Below are positions 9,444 to 19,464 of a stretch of 64,000 nucleotides of DNA, piece by piece (position 1 is the stretch's first letter; each line of letters opens with the position of its first letter). Source of the stretch: a bacterium (GTDB lineage Bacteria; Patescibacteriota; Minisyncoccia; Phycocordibacterales; UBA1006); assembly GCA_037144045.1 (NCBI GenBank), contig JBAWXN010000001.1, forward strand, positions 203,752-267,751. Reading direction: 5' to 3'. Both the position numbers and the translations under genes were made by a program. A model generated the notes under the pieces. The model was given only the letters and a program-made list of their open reading frames with translations, was not told the DNA's origin and searched no databases.

Positions 9444-10871
9444 ATGATTGAATCTAACGGAAAAAAATATTATCCAACCATTGGTCTTGAAATTCATGCA
9501 GAACTTGCTACAGAAACCAAGATGTTTTGTGCATGTAAAAATAACCCCGACGAAGAACAACCTAATGTAAATACGTGTCCGGTATGCATGGCGCATCCTG
9601 GAACACTTCCCGTACCCAATAAAAAAGCTATCGAAAGTGTTATTAAAGTTGGGCTTGCAATTGGTGCCAACATTGCAAACTTTTCAGAATTTGATCGTAA
9701 AAATTATTTCTACCCCGATATTCCAAAAGGATATCAGATTTCACAGTATAAATATCCTATTGTTTCCAATGGTAACCTTGCTGGTGTAGACATTACTCGC
9801 ATTCACCTCGAAGAAGACACGGCAAACAGTAAACACGACCGAGGAAATTTCTCGCTCGTGGATTTTAATCGTGCTGGAGTACCACTTATGGAATTAGTTA
9901 CCGAACCCATTATTCATGATGCTGACACAGCCATGAAATTCGCTAAGGAATTGCAGTTATTGTTACGCACATTAGGTGTGGCCCATGCGAATATGGAAAA
10001 AGGTGAAATGCGTGTAGAGGCAAACATTTCAGTATCAGATGTTTTCGAAAACTTTGGAACTAAGGTTGAAGTAAAAAACCTCAATAGTTTTTCTGTAGTT
10101 GGTAAGGCAATTGATTATGAAATTAACCGCATGATTGGATTGTATGAAGCAGGACGTAAAGACGAAATTGTCCAGGAAACTCGTGGTTGGGATGAACAAA
10201 AACAAGCAACCTATTCACAACGCCGTAAAGAAAACAGCAATGATTATCGTTATTTCCCCGATCCTGATATTCCTAAGTTTCACCTCCATGAATTGTTTGA
10301 CTTAGAATCCTTGAAAAAAAACCTGCCCGAATTACCAGACCATAAACGAAACCGTTTTGCATCAAAATACGGCATTAAGGCTGAAGACATTGAGGCGTAT
10401 GTTACTGACCCAGATTTAGGAAATTATTTTGAATCAGTTGCAGAAATACTTGGATCAGGTGATGTACTAAAAACAGCTTCTAACTACATTACCTCAGACT
10501 TACTCGGACTCCTTGCTAAAAATACAGAAGCTAAGCGGCCAAGTATTACTCATTTTGCAAAACTCATCGAGATGAATGCTGATAGTAAGCTTAACTCTCG
10601 AGGAGTAAAAGACATTCTTGCAATGATTGTTATTGCTGACAAAGACCCAGAAGCTATTGCTCAAGAAAAAGGATTGATTCAGCAAAATGATGAAGGCGCG
10701 CTTAAGGCTCTTGCTCAGAAATACGTCGATGCACATCCAAACGTTGTTGCAGAGTACAAAGCTGGTAAAGAAGCGTCACTTATGTTTTTTGTTGGACAGA
10801 TCATGAAAGAAACAAAAGGTTCAGCTAATCCTGCCATGGTTCAGAAAATACTCAAAGACATATTGTTGTAA
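9444..10871 (+). CDS. gatB: Asp/Glu-tRNA amidotransferase subunit B
   Basis: IGLEIHAEL, FDRKNYFYPDIPKGYQISQ, DFNRAGVPLMELVTEP; start reset to MIESNG (TGCTATGAT 7 nt upstream). Confidence 0.97.
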   Translation: MIESNGKKYYPTIGLEIHAELATETKMFCACKNNPDEEQPNVNTCPVCMAHPGTLPVPNKKAIESVIKVGLAIGANIANFSEFDRKNYFYPDIPKGYQISQYKYPIVSNGNLAGVDITRIHLEEDTANSKHDRGNFSLVDFNRAGVPLMELVTEPIIHDADTAMKFAKELQLLLRTLGVAHANMEKGEMRVEANISVSDVFENFGTKVEVKNLNSFSVVGKAIDYEINRMIGLYEAGRKDEIVQETRGWDEQKQATYSQRRKENSNDYRYFPDPDIPKFHLHELFDLESLKKNLPELPDHKRNRFASKYGIKAEDIEAYVTDPDLGNYFESVAEILGSGDVLKTASNYITSDLLGLLAKNTEAKRPSITHFAKLIEMNADSKLNSRGVKDILAMIVIADKDPEAIAQEKGLIQQNDEGALKALAQKYVDAHPNVVAEYKAGKEASLMFFVGQIMKETKGSANPAMVQKILKDILL

Positions 10872-10911
10872 TAAAAAAGCCGAACACATGTTCGGTTTTT
10901 TGGTAGTTCTA

Positions 10912-11193
10912 TTATCTTTTATTTCCATAATATCCAATAATGAGCGATAAAAAAACTCCAAAGAATGCACCATAGAATATTCCGATAGCTAAGCCGATAC
11001 TTAAGAAGGCAATTAATGCAACTAATGCACTCAAGATACCAAATGATACTAAAAAGGATTTAATGAAGGTGGTATATTTTGCGTGAGTGATTGAACCTAT
11101 GATGAACCCAACGACAAGACTTCCCATGATAGTGAAAGCAAGTTGCTGATCACCAGACATTGAGGTGGCACCACGAAGGAGTATTAACAGCAT
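10912..11193 (-). CDS. Small hypothetical membrane protein
   Basis: About three hydrophobic segments; fills gap between terminator and pheS promoter. Confidence 0.6.
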   Translation of the reverse strand: MLLILLRGATSMSGDQQLAFTIMGSLVVGFIIGSITHAKYTTFIKSFLVSFGILSALVALIAFLSIGLAIGIFYGAFFGVFLSLIIGYYGNKR

Positions 11194-11276
11194 GGGTTAC
11201 GTTTCAAAGTATTTTACACGTAAAAATAAATTAGTCAAGTCCCTGAAAATAAAAAAATGATGTATTCTAAGGGTCT

Positions 11277-11975
11277 ATGGAAACACCTCAAGGAACATTA
11301 CACCCGTTAACACTCGTCATGAACGATATGGTGCGTATTTTTGAAGGTCTTGGGTTTAGTGTGGCAACCGGACCAGAAATGGAAGATGAATGGCATAATT
11401 TCGATGCGCTCAATGTGCCTGCAGGGCATCCTGCGCGTGATATGCAGGACACATTTTGGATCCGTGGCGAACAAGGAAAGTTATTGCGCACCCATACCTC
11501 ACCAGTTCAAATTCGCTATATGGAAAACCATGATATTACTCAGAGACCGGTAGCTATTATTTGTCCTGGGAAAGTATTTCGTAACGAAGCAACTGATGCG
11601 ACCCATGAAATGCAATTTCATCAAATGGAAGGGTTATTAGTTGGTGAAAATATTTCCATTGCTCATTTGAAAGGAGTACTCCTTGAATTCTTTAAGCAGT
11701 TCGTGGGGCCTGATACTGATATTCGACTGCGTCCGAGTTTCTTCCCATTCGTAGAACCTGGACTCGAAGTGGATGTGAAGATGGGTGATAAATGGGTTGA
11801 AGTCCTCGGTGCGGGACTCGTTAATCCAGTAGTACTCAAGAATGTCGGATTTGATCCTCAAAAAGTGTCTGGATTCGCATTCGGGATGGGGATTGATCGT
11901 CTGGCGACTCTTAAATTTGGGGTGCCTGATGTTCGTTTATATTATCAAGGTGATGTGCGACTTAATCAGTTTTAG
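11277..11975 (+). CDS. pheS: Phenylalanine-tRNA ligase alpha subunit (lacks N-terminal coiled-coil arm)
   Basis: HPARDMQDTF, LLRTHTSPVQ, FHQMEG, FPFVEP, GFAFGMGIDR. Confidence 0.96.
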   Translation: METPQGTLHPLTLVMNDMVRIFEGLGFSVATGPEMEDEWHNFDALNVPAGHPARDMQDTFWIRGEQGKLLRTHTSPVQIRYMENHDITQRPVAIICPGKVFRNEATDATHEMQFHQMEGLLVGENISIAHLKGVLLEFFKQFVGPDTDIRLRPSFFPFVEPGLEVDVKMGDKWVEVLGAGLVNPVVLKNVGFDPQKVSGFAFGMGIDRLATLKFGVPDVRLYYQGDVRLNQF

Positions 11976-11978
11976 AGT

Positions 11979-13166
11979 ATGAAATTTAATTATAAAAAAC
12001 TCCAAAACCACATCGTAGAACCATTGCCAGCAGTGGACGTTTTGAAGGAGAAAATTATTTTTCATGCGTTCGAAGTTGAGTCAGTAGAAGATTTAGGTAA
12101 TGGTGATTATGAACTCGAAATTAAAGTACTGCCCGATCGTGCATTTGATGCCAAGGATGACCGTGGTATGGCGCGGGAAATTGCAGCACTATTTGATTTA
12201 ACATTGGTTGACCCTGATAGTTACGATGCAGCAGCATCAACTGAGTTGGTATTTTCACTAAATCAAGTTTCAACTCTTCTTGGACGCGTTATTACTACTA
12301 TTAATATTGAAAAGATGTTTAATGCATACCATTATGTATTCAGTATTTCAGGTGACCAGGTATCACTGGCTATACCACCGTGGCGTAGTGATATTGTGCA
12401 CATTTACGATATTGCTGATGAAATTGGTCGTTATTTAGGATACGAAAGTGTTACTCCAGTGCTTCCTCAGTTATCAGCTTCTGTGTCACACGACAAAGAA
12501 TTTCAATCGATTGTTACAAAAAAACAAGAACTTATTTCAAAAGGGTACCACGAGGTAATGACCTACTCATTAACCAAGAAAGGGGATTACCAAGTCGCAA
12601 AAGGTCCTAAAGGAAAAGATTTCTTGCGAACAAATCTCCTTGATGGGATGCGAATCGCATACGCCGTGAACAAGCAAAACGAAGAATTACTTCCTAATGC
12701 TTCAGCAAAGATTTTTGAAATTGGAAAAGTGTTTCTTACAACAGGTGAAGAACTCCATGTTGCATGGATTGATGCGAAAGACGAACATGAAGAAGTGCTC
12801 ACTATAGATGAGACCCTTTCCACGATAGTGGAAAGGGTGGTCACCGAAGGTGACCGGGTGAGGACCAGTACAGAATCGAGATTCCATATGTGGTCTGAGT
12901 ACCCATTCATGACTCGAGACATTGCAGTATGGCTCCCTGAATCAGTTTCAAATAATGAATTAGTTTCAATTATTAAGAAAAATGGAACCGAACTACTCCA
13001 AGGTGAACCGAGACTTTTTGATCAGTTTACTAAAGACGGACGTACTTCATACGCATATCGAATAGTGTTTCAGGCATTCGACCGAACGTTAACCGATAAT
13101 GAAGTTAATCCCATTATGGATATGATTTATTCTGAATGTAAGAGTAATAGTTGGGAAATTAGATAA
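11979..13166 (+). CDS. pheT: Phenylalanine-tRNA ligase beta subunit, strongly reduced
   Basis: LPDR..RGMAREIAA (B1), IPPWRSDI..DIADEIGR..GY (B5), FEIGKVF, YP..TRDIAV..SYAYRIVFQAFDRTLTD.EV (anticodon-binding domain). Confidence 0.92.
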   Translation: MKFNYKKLQNHIVEPLPAVDVLKEKIIFHAFEVESVEDLGNGDYELEIKVLPDRAFDAKDDRGMAREIAALFDLTLVDPDSYDAAASTELVFSLNQVSTLLGRVITTINIEKMFNAYHYVFSISGDQVSLAIPPWRSDIVHIYDIADEIGRYLGYESVTPVLPQLSASVSHDKEFQSIVTKKQELISKGYHEVMTYSLTKKGDYQVAKGPKGKDFLRTNLLDGMRIAYAVNKQNEELLPNASAKIFEIGKVFLTTGEELHVAWIDAKDEHEEVLTIDETLSTIVERVVTEGDRVRTSTESRFHMWSEYPFMTRDIAVWLPESVSNNELVSIIKKNGTELLQGEPRLFDQFTKDGRTSYAYRIVFQAFDRTLTDNEVNPIMDMIYSECKSNSWEIR

Positions 13167-13195
13167 ATAAAAAACCTCATTGAGGTTTTTTATTT
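13165..13195. terminator. Bidirectional terminator between pheT and the wecB-like gene
   Basis: AAATAAAAAACCTCA-T-TGAGGTTTTTTATTT perfect 15-bp arms. Confidence 0.75.
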
Positions 13196-14253
13196 TGCAC
13201 GGTGTCTGCAATACAATTCGCAATGAACATGGTCATTTTTATATCGCCATAAGGAAATTTCCAAGTACGTTTATTTTTATTTGTTCGATAGATCGCTTTT
13301 TCAAGTTCTTCACGAAATTTCTTCTTATCGGTATTTGGATTTACGAGAATGTTTGCTCCAATATCAATGGTTTCTTTACGATTAGTGTGACTCGCGATAG
13401 TAATGCAAGGAATACCCAGAAAACATGCTTCTTCTGCAAGAGTACTTGAATCAGTGATTACATAATGCGCCTGTGCTAGTTTTTTAATAAATAATGCATA
13501 CGAAACAGGATTGGTGTGCATAGTGATATATTTCGATCGTGGAGATTTCACTTGAGTGAGTTCATGGTGAATGATACAAGTAGCGGTAATTTTTTTCTGG
13601 GCAAGGGTATGAAAAATGGCCTCCATGGTTTGTTTACTATCAAGGTTTGATTTTCTGTGTAGTGATACGAGCACGGTTCCTTTTTCGTCACGTCTAAAAA
13701 ATTGACTCCGGAGGGTTTCGTGAATATGCCAGATAAGCGTACTTCCCGAAAGGATTATTTTCTTTTCAGGAACTCCTTCGGCAATGAGGTTTTTTCGTGC
13801 GTCTTCGGAAAAGCAAAACAGATTAGTTGCAAGGTGGTCAGTAAGGATGTCATTTTTTTCTTCGGGTGCGTTAAAATCGCCAAGGCGAAATCCTGCACCA
13901 ATTTTAGAAATAGGAATCATGCGCTGTTGAGCTGCAAGGCAAGCCGCTACTGCAACGGTAGTATCCCCAGAAACAAGAATGGTTTGCGCTCCAATGATAT
14001 CCAATTTTTTCTGAATCGTTTGAATCAGAGTGTCGATTGATCCTGCCTTACGCTTATTAAAAAGTTGTGAAAAAGTAAACGAGGTAATTCCTGACTGACT
14101 GAGCATTTCCTGAGCGTCTGGGTCTCTTTTTTGTGGAATATAAAGTATGACCGGCTGCTGACTACGCCGTTTTAGCTCATGAAGCACAGGAATAACGCGC
14201 TGTAATTCAGGTCGCGTTCCGATAATACTTACAATAGCGTGGTGTTGAGACAT
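13177..14253 (-). CDS. UDP-GlcNAc 2-epimerase family protein (divergent)
   Basis: GTRPE, SGDT, PEE.N, SLHR.SN, ITDS..LAEEA..LG.PCIT, GANILV, PYGD. Confidence 0.82.
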   Translation of the reverse strand: MSQHHAIVSIIGTRPELQRVIPVLHELKRRSQQPVILYIPQKRDPDAQEMLSQSGITSFTFSQLFNKRKAGSIDTLIQTIQKKLDIIGAQTILVSGDTTVAVAACLAAQQRMIPISKIGAGFRLGDFNAPEEKNDILTDHLATNLFCFSEDARKNLIAEGVPEKKIILSGSTLIWHIHETLRSQFFRRDEKGTVLVSLHRKSNLDSKQTMEAIFHTLAQKKITATCIIHHELTQVKSPRSKYITMHTNPVSYALFIKKLAQAHYVITDSSTLAEEACFLGIPCITIASHTNRKETIDIGANILVNPNTDKKKFREELEKAIYRTNKNKRTWKFPYGDIKMTMFIANCIADTVQNKKPQ

Positions 14254-14368
14254 ACTTGACTTATACCATGATAATGATTTAGAGGGGAACGAGTATTATT
14301 TTAAGCAATAAATATTTTGGAGTGTCTATGTATCTGTAAATACGGCCATTGCTATAGTAAAAGAAAAA

Positions 14369-14731
14369 ATGAAAAAAGAATTAATTGCGCGCCTTGTTAC
14401 ACTTACTCAAACGGCTCGGGAAAATACCGAAAATAAAAGTAGGTTGAAACGGATGCAGAGAGATGAAGTAGAACAAGAAAGGCAACGTGCTGAGGCAGTC
14501 GCGTTTATTCAAAATATTGATGAAAAACTGATTACTGCAGCAAGTGAAGGTAAAAATAGCTTTGAAGTATGTGATGCTATGCATTACGATTACGAAAAGT
14601 TAAGCATGTTTCAAAAGACAGTGCTTGACGAACTTAAAACAGGTGGATACCCCGTTAAGGTTTGCACTTTGTATGGGTATGACGGTTCTAGTCAGGAATT
14701 TCCCTATTACAAAATAATAATAACTTGGTAG
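14369..14731 (+). CDS. Hypothetical protein (ends ..IITW)
   Basis: 120-aa ORF with TGCTATAGT upstream and a hairpin plus T-tract downstream. Confidence 0.7.
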   Translation: MKKELIARLVTLTQTARENTENKSRLKRMQRDEVEQERQRAEAVAFIQNIDEKLITAASEGKNSFEVCDAMHYDYEKLSMFQKTVLDELKTGGYPVKVCTLYGYDGSSQEFPYYKIIITW

Positions 14732-14801
14732 ACAACGTACAAGACCTTAGGGTCTTTTTTTTACTTGCAAAATTTATAAAAATCTGTATAGTAGTACAAC
14801 T

Positions 14802-15443
14802 ATGACACAACTACAAGTATCACTACGAACAGCGGAAGAAAGTGCAGAAGCGCTGCGTTCAGCTGGGAAAATTCCAGCAGTAATCTACGGAGCAGGGGTT
14901 AAAGAAACTATTTCTGTTTCAGTAAACCGAGAAGACTTTAAAAAAGCTTGGGGAGCAGCAGGATCATCAACTTCAGTTACCCTTTCCGGAGCAAACGGTG
15001 ACCACGACTGTATTATCCACGATTTCCAAATTGATCCTCGAACCGACCAAGTAATTCACGCTGACTTCCTTGCGCTCGATAAGAACACCAAGGTAACCGT
15101 ATCAGTAGAACTTGAGTTCATCGGAGAATCACAAGCGGTTAAAGACGGATTTGGTATTCTTGAAAAGGCACTTCATGAAATTGAAGTTGAAGCACTCCCA
15201 GCTAACCTTCCAAAATCAATTCCGGTAAGTGTTCACCTTCTTGAAACAGCGGATTCACAGATTCACATCAAGGATCTTCAATTACCAGCAGGAGTAACTA
15301 TTAAGGGTCATGACCCAGAAGACGTAGTTGCACTCGTTGCGGAAATTAAAGAAGAATCTGAAGAACCAGCAGGGCCAATCGACTTTGCTTCAATCGAAGT
15401 AGAAAAGAAAGGTAAAAAGGAAGAAGAAGAATCTGCAGAATAA
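14802..15443 (+). CDS. rplY: 50S ribosomal protein L25/Ctc
   Basis: LR..GKIPAVIYG, HADF, LP.NLPKSI.V; acidic tail. Confidence 0.96.
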   Translation: MTQLQVSLRTAEESAEALRSAGKIPAVIYGAGVKETISVSVNREDFKKAWGAAGSSTSVTLSGANGDHDCIIHDFQIDPRTDQVIHADFLALDKNTKVTVSVELEFIGESQAVKDGFGILEKALHEIEVEALPANLPKSIPVSVHLLETADSQIHIKDLQLPAGVTIKGHDPEDVVALVAEIKEESEEPAGPIDFASIEVEKKGKKEEEESAE

Positions 15444-15494
15444 TATTCAAGAAAGCTCGACTTCGGTCGGCTTTTTTTGATATAATATAAGTTC

Positions 15495-16874
15495 ATGATA
15501 AGAAAATTAACTTCAATGATTATTGTTGTCGCAATAATACTCAACATGGTTGCTTTGTTCCCGTATCCCGTTTTTGCAGCAAACGAATGTCTCACTTTTA
15601 ATCTTTCAGGACAATCTGACGACATGCTTCGTCAGATGCTGGCTATTTGTGATGCTGAAAGTAAAGAAACCCAAACCCAGCTTGAGGCTCAAAAAAACAA
15701 GTCGTCGACTATTGCAGGTGATGTAGCACTTCTTGATTCATTAATTAAGAAGGCGGCTCAACAAATTGAAATCAAAAATCAAATCATTGCGCAGCTTGGA
15801 AAACAGATCGTTCAGAAAAATGATAAAATTCAAACATTGTCTGGAAAACTTGAACGTGAATATGACTCATTAGGTCAAATTCTCCGCAAGAAAAATGAAA
15901 TAGACAACACGACCCTCACAGAAATGTTATTGTCGCAGTATCGTATTTCAGACTTTTTTCTTGATATTGATAATTTTCATACGGTAAATCAGGCACTTCA
16001 AGACTCGGTTGATACCGTTAAAGGTGTTCGCACCGAAACAGCCGGCGAAAAAGCAGCTTTGGAGCAGAAAAAACTCGAACAGGCTCAGCTTAAGTTACAG
16101 ATCGAACAAGAAAAAAAGAAGACTCTGGCCCAACAAGCTGATAAAAAAGAGCTCCTTGCCTCAAGTAAGGCTCAAGAAAAATCATACACGGACCTCCTTG
16201 AGCAAAAAAAAGCTCAAGCCGGTAAAATATCAGCAGCACTTTTTAAATTTAAAGGAGGACAAGGAATTCCCTTTGGTGATGCATACCGCTTCGCAAAAGA
16301 GGCAAGTGATGCGACCGGGGTAAGTCCTGCATTTATTCTTGCAATTCTTAAGCAGGAGTCAAACTATGGAAAATATGATGGAGGTTGCGTACTTATCGAT
16401 AAGCAGGGAACCGGTAAACGATTGCGTAACGGAGAAATTATTCCAAACGTTATGAAGCCGACTCGTGACCTTCAGCCGTTTATTCAAATCGTTGAGGACC
16501 TTGGGTTTGATGTTTCTAGTCAGCAGTTCTCGTGTCCTATTACTGCAAAAGTAAACGGTAAGTATTCAGACTATGGAGGTGCAATGGGGCCGTCCCAATT
16601 TATTCCTTCAACATGGAATATGTTCAAGGCAAAAATTGAAGCGGTACTTAACATTCCTCATGCAAACCCTTGGAACCCTGAACACGCAATTATGGCAACA
16701 GCGCTCTACATGAAAGAGTTAGGTGCTCAGGATAGCAGCCAAGAACGCGACGCTGCATGTAAGTACTACTCTGGGCGTTCCTGCCGGGCAAATAGTAATT
16801 TCTACGGCAATTCAGTAGTAAAATTAAAGGCTCAAATTCAAAAAGATATCGATATTATTGAGTCAGCCCGGTAA
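15495..16874 (+). CDS. Secreted coiled-coil protein with C-terminal lytic transglycosylase domain
   Basis: Signal/TM helix, long coiled coil, AILKQESNYG and GGAMGPSQFIPSTW SLT motifs. Confidence 0.88.
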   Translation: MIRKLTSMIIVVAIILNMVALFPYPVFAANECLTFNLSGQSDDMLRQMLAICDAESKETQTQLEAQKNKSSTIAGDVALLDSLIKKAAQQIEIKNQIIAQLGKQIVQKNDKIQTLSGKLEREYDSLGQILRKKNEIDNTTLTEMLLSQYRISDFFLDIDNFHTVNQALQDSVDTVKGVRTETAGEKAALEQKKLEQAQLKLQIEQEKKKTLAQQADKKELLASSKAQEKSYTDLLEQKKAQAGKISAALFKFKGGQGIPFGDAYRFAKEASDATGVSPAFILAILKQESNYGKYDGGCVLIDKQGTGKRLRNGEIIPNVMKPTRDLQPFIQIVEDLGFDVSSQQFSCPITAKVNGKYSDYGGAMGPSQFIPSTWNMFKAKIEAVLNIPHANPWNPEHAIMATALYMKELGAQDSSQERDAACKYYSGRSCRANSNFYGNSVVKLKAQIQKDIDIIESAR

Positions 16875-16915
16875 CTTGATATTTTCGGCAGCTTATGCTA
16901 TAGTTCAAAAACATT

Positions 16916-17179
16916 ATGAAAACAGATATTCACCCAAAAAATTATCGAATGGTGATCTTCAAAGATGCTTCAAGTGATGCGCAATTTTTGATTGGATCTA
17001 CTGTAGAAACAAAGGAAACTGCAACATGGACAGATGGTAAAGAATACCCACTGTTTTCAGTAGAAATTTCAAGTAAATCTCACCCGTTCTATACTGGTCA
17101 AGACAAGGCCCTTGATACTGCTGGACGAGCTGAAAAGTTCAAAGCTCGCGTTGCTAAAAAAACCACTTCAAAGAAATAA
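16916..17179 (+). CDS. rpmE2: 50S ribosomal protein L31 type B
   Basis: [25 protein letters not shown]; no Cys. Confidence 0.96.
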   Translation: MKTDIHPKNYRMVIFKDASSDAQFLIGSTVETKETATWTDGKEYPLFSVEISSKSHPFYTGQDKALDTAGRAEKFKARVAKKTTSKK

Positions 17180-17236
17180 CTTTGAACTAGAAAAAGTCAT
17201 GACCGAAACCGGCGTGGCTTTTTCTATTAAACTATT

Positions 17237-18199
17237 ATGAACATTGATGAACTTAAAAAAAATCCTCGTACGCATTATCTAGCTTTAGAGCTGGAGCGTT
17301 TACAGGTGCAAGAATTCGAAACTCAGGCCCTTGCAAATGATCCTGAAATGGCAGCACTCGCTACAGATGATCTAAAAAATATCGCGGAACAAATTAAAAA
17401 CCTCAGTGAACAAATTCAAGAAATTCTTGATAAAGAAAAAGAGGAAGAAGAGTTTCCTAACGAACTCATTCTTGAAGTACGAGCAGGTGCTGGGGGTGAT
17501 GAAGGATCATTATTTGCAGCAAACCTTGCAGAAATGTACCAACGCTTTGCAGAGAAAAAAGGATGGATATGGAAAAAAGTTGATGCCTCAGAAAACGATA
17601 TCGGTGGGTACAAAGAAGCCACATTCGAAATTAAAGGACAAGATTGTTACAAATTATTGCAATGGGAAACCGGAGTACATCGGGTGCAACGTATTCCTGC
17701 AACTGAAAAACAAGGTCGCATTCATACCTCGACCGCGTCAGTTGCTATTATGCCGGTACGACAAAAGTTTACGGTAGAGCTCAACCTGTCAGAATGTGAA
17801 TTCGAAACGTCGCGATCAGGAGGCGCAGGAGGACAAAACGTAAACAAGGTAGAAACGGCCGTGCGTATTATTCATAAACCTACCGGATTATCATTTCGCT
17901 CAACGGTAGAACGTTCACAGATTGCAAACAAAGAACGAGTTATTGCATTACTTAAATCTAAACTCCAACAGATGCATGACGAGGAGGAAGCAAAAAAACA
18001 TGCTGATACTCGCAAGAATCAAATTGGTTCTGGAGATCGTTCAGAAAAGATTCGAACCTATAACTATCCTCAAGACCGTATTACTGACCACCGTATTAAA
18101 CAATCATGGTCAAATATTCCCGGATTTATGCTTGGGAACATTGATAAGATGATCGATGCGCTTGCAGCAGGTGAAGTAGGGGAATCTGATGATGAGTAA
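17237..18199 (+). CDS. prfA: Peptide chain release factor 1 (short N-terminus)
   Basis: [12 protein letters not shown] (PxT motif), [24 protein letters not shown]. Confidence 0.96.
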   Translation: MNIDELKKNPRTHYLALELERLQVQEFETQALANDPEMAALATDDLKNIAEQIKNLSEQIQEILDKEKEEEEFPNELILEVRAGAGGDEGSLFAANLAEMYQRFAEKKGWIWKKVDASENDIGGYKEATFEIKGQDCYKLLQWETGVHRVQRIPATEKQGRIHTSTASVAIMPVRQKFTVELNLSECEFETSRSGGAGGQNVNKVETAVRIIHKPTGLSFRSTVERSQIANKERVIALLKSKLQQMHDEEEAKKHADTRKNQIGSGDRSEKIRTYNYPQDRITDHRIKQSWSNIPGFMLGNIDKMIDALAAGEVGESDDE

Positions 18200-18238
18200 T
18201 ACATTAAAACCCTCAGCGCTGAGGGTTTTAATGTATTA
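18197..18238. repeat. Perfect 42-bp palindrome / bidirectional terminator
   Basis: TAATACATTAAAACCCTCAGC|GCTGAGGGTTTTAATGTATTA, from the prfA stop to the stop of the convergent gene. Confidence 0.9.
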
Positions 18239-19180
18239 GTTCAGTTGTTGCTGCCAGGTCATTAATTTTTCAACTAATGATTCATTAATTATCAATGTTT
18301 CTTTTTGGGGAATATAGTCACGTGTCGAAATTACCTTAAACTCTCCTTGTTCATAGCGCCCAGTTGTCTCATTAAGCTCCATAGGAACAAAACCGAGCTT
18401 TTTACAGATACCTACTATTGGTGCAGTGTCCCAAACGGTAGTCTTTCCTGGTTTGAGTAACAACCCTCCATATTGTCCCTTCCAAAGTTTTGCAAAGGAA
18501 ATACCAATGGATCCTCCTTGTAGTTCATAGTCCTTAAAGAAGCTTTCTGGAGAACTTCCATTACACATTTTACGACCAATACCTGAAAAATTATCTGGAT
18601 TATCACGTATATGTACGTATATTGATTTTGGATCAGTGGTTATATCAAATGACAGTATTTCGCGTTCTCGTGAATACTGATCAAGCTGATGTACTCGGAG
18701 CGATCCCGGACGAGTATAAAACAATTCATTGGTCATTGGATCACCAATACATGCTCCAATTACTTCACAAATTTCAAGCTTGGGACAATAATGAATGAGC
18801 CCTAGCATACTACTAAACCCATCTGATTGTTTGCGTTTAAATGCTTTTGTTCCATCAAGTGGATCGATAGTGAAAAAATAAAAGTGGTCAATATCGGTAT
18901 TTGGTTCGCGATAAGGAGCCGCATCGGTAAATAGGTCATCTTCTTCAGCAATAATACCAAATCCAGGAAAATTATTCTTAAGAAATTCAAGATATATTTC
19001 TTGAGCTTTTCTATCTGCACTGGTTACATAATCAATATCAGATTTGTATTCTACGGTTTTTTCCTCGGAGGTAAATGAAAACCGTTGTGCGCGTATTACC
19101 GCACAAGCGCGTAATACCGCATCACGCATAAGGCTTCCAATGTTATGAGCATTAAGTGGTCCAAAGTGTTCTGTGTTCAT
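18236..19180 (-). CDS. Inositol monophosphatase/CysQ family phosphatase
   Basis: YVTSADRKAQ, IIAEE, IDPLDGTKAF, WDTA; start reset to MNTEH. Confidence 0.88.
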   Translation of the reverse strand: MNTEHFGPLNAHNIGSLMRDAVLRACAVIRAQRFSFTSEEKTVEYKSDIDYVTSADRKAQEIYLEFLKNNFPGFGIIAEEDDLFTDAAPYREPNTDIDHFYFFTIDPLDGTKAFKRKQSDGFSSMLGLIHYCPKLEICEVIGACIGDPMTNELFYTRPGSLRVHQLDQYSREREILSFDITTDPKSIYVHIRDNPDNFSGIGRKMCNGSSPESFFKDYELQGGSIGISFAKLWKGQYGGLLLKPGKTTVWDTAPIVGICKKLGFVPMELNETTGRYEQGEFKVISTRDYIPQKETLIINESLVEKLMTWQQQLN

Positions 19181-19244
19181 AGTTAAGAATGGGTTATAGC
19201 TACTAATACACAAAGTATACCATACCCAAATAGCACGTTTTCAT

Positions 19245-19273
19245 TTGCCATTTTTGCCATTATTTGCTATAGT
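19245..19273 (+). promoter_or_regulatory. Sigma70 promoter of tRNA-Ile
   Basis: TTGCCA-17 nt-TATAGT (with TG extension). Confidence 0.75.
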
Positions 19274-19297
19274 TTCAGAGCCAAAAACAGCAATCAT

Positions 19298-19371
19298 GCG
19301 CGTGTAGCTCAGATGGCTAGAGCATTCGACTGATACTCGGAGGGTCCCTGGTTCGAATCCAGGCACGCGCA
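19298..19371 (+). tRNA. tRNA-Ile(GAT); CCA end not encoded
   Basis: Cloverleaf: acceptor GCGCGTG/CACGCGC, D-stem GCTC/GAGC, anticodon loop CTGATAC, T-arm CCTGG-TTCGAAT-CCAGG, A73. Confidence 0.93.
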
Positions 19372-19464
19372 CCGAATCCAAAAAATCCCTGTACGGGGAT
19401 TTTTTGTGATATACTTACTTACGTAATTATTAATAATAATCTTCCTCATTATGAGGGAATCATC

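Noticed and set aside
19298-19405. tRNA-Ile as the integration site of an island
   Set aside because: No duplicated tRNA 3' end or integrase seen
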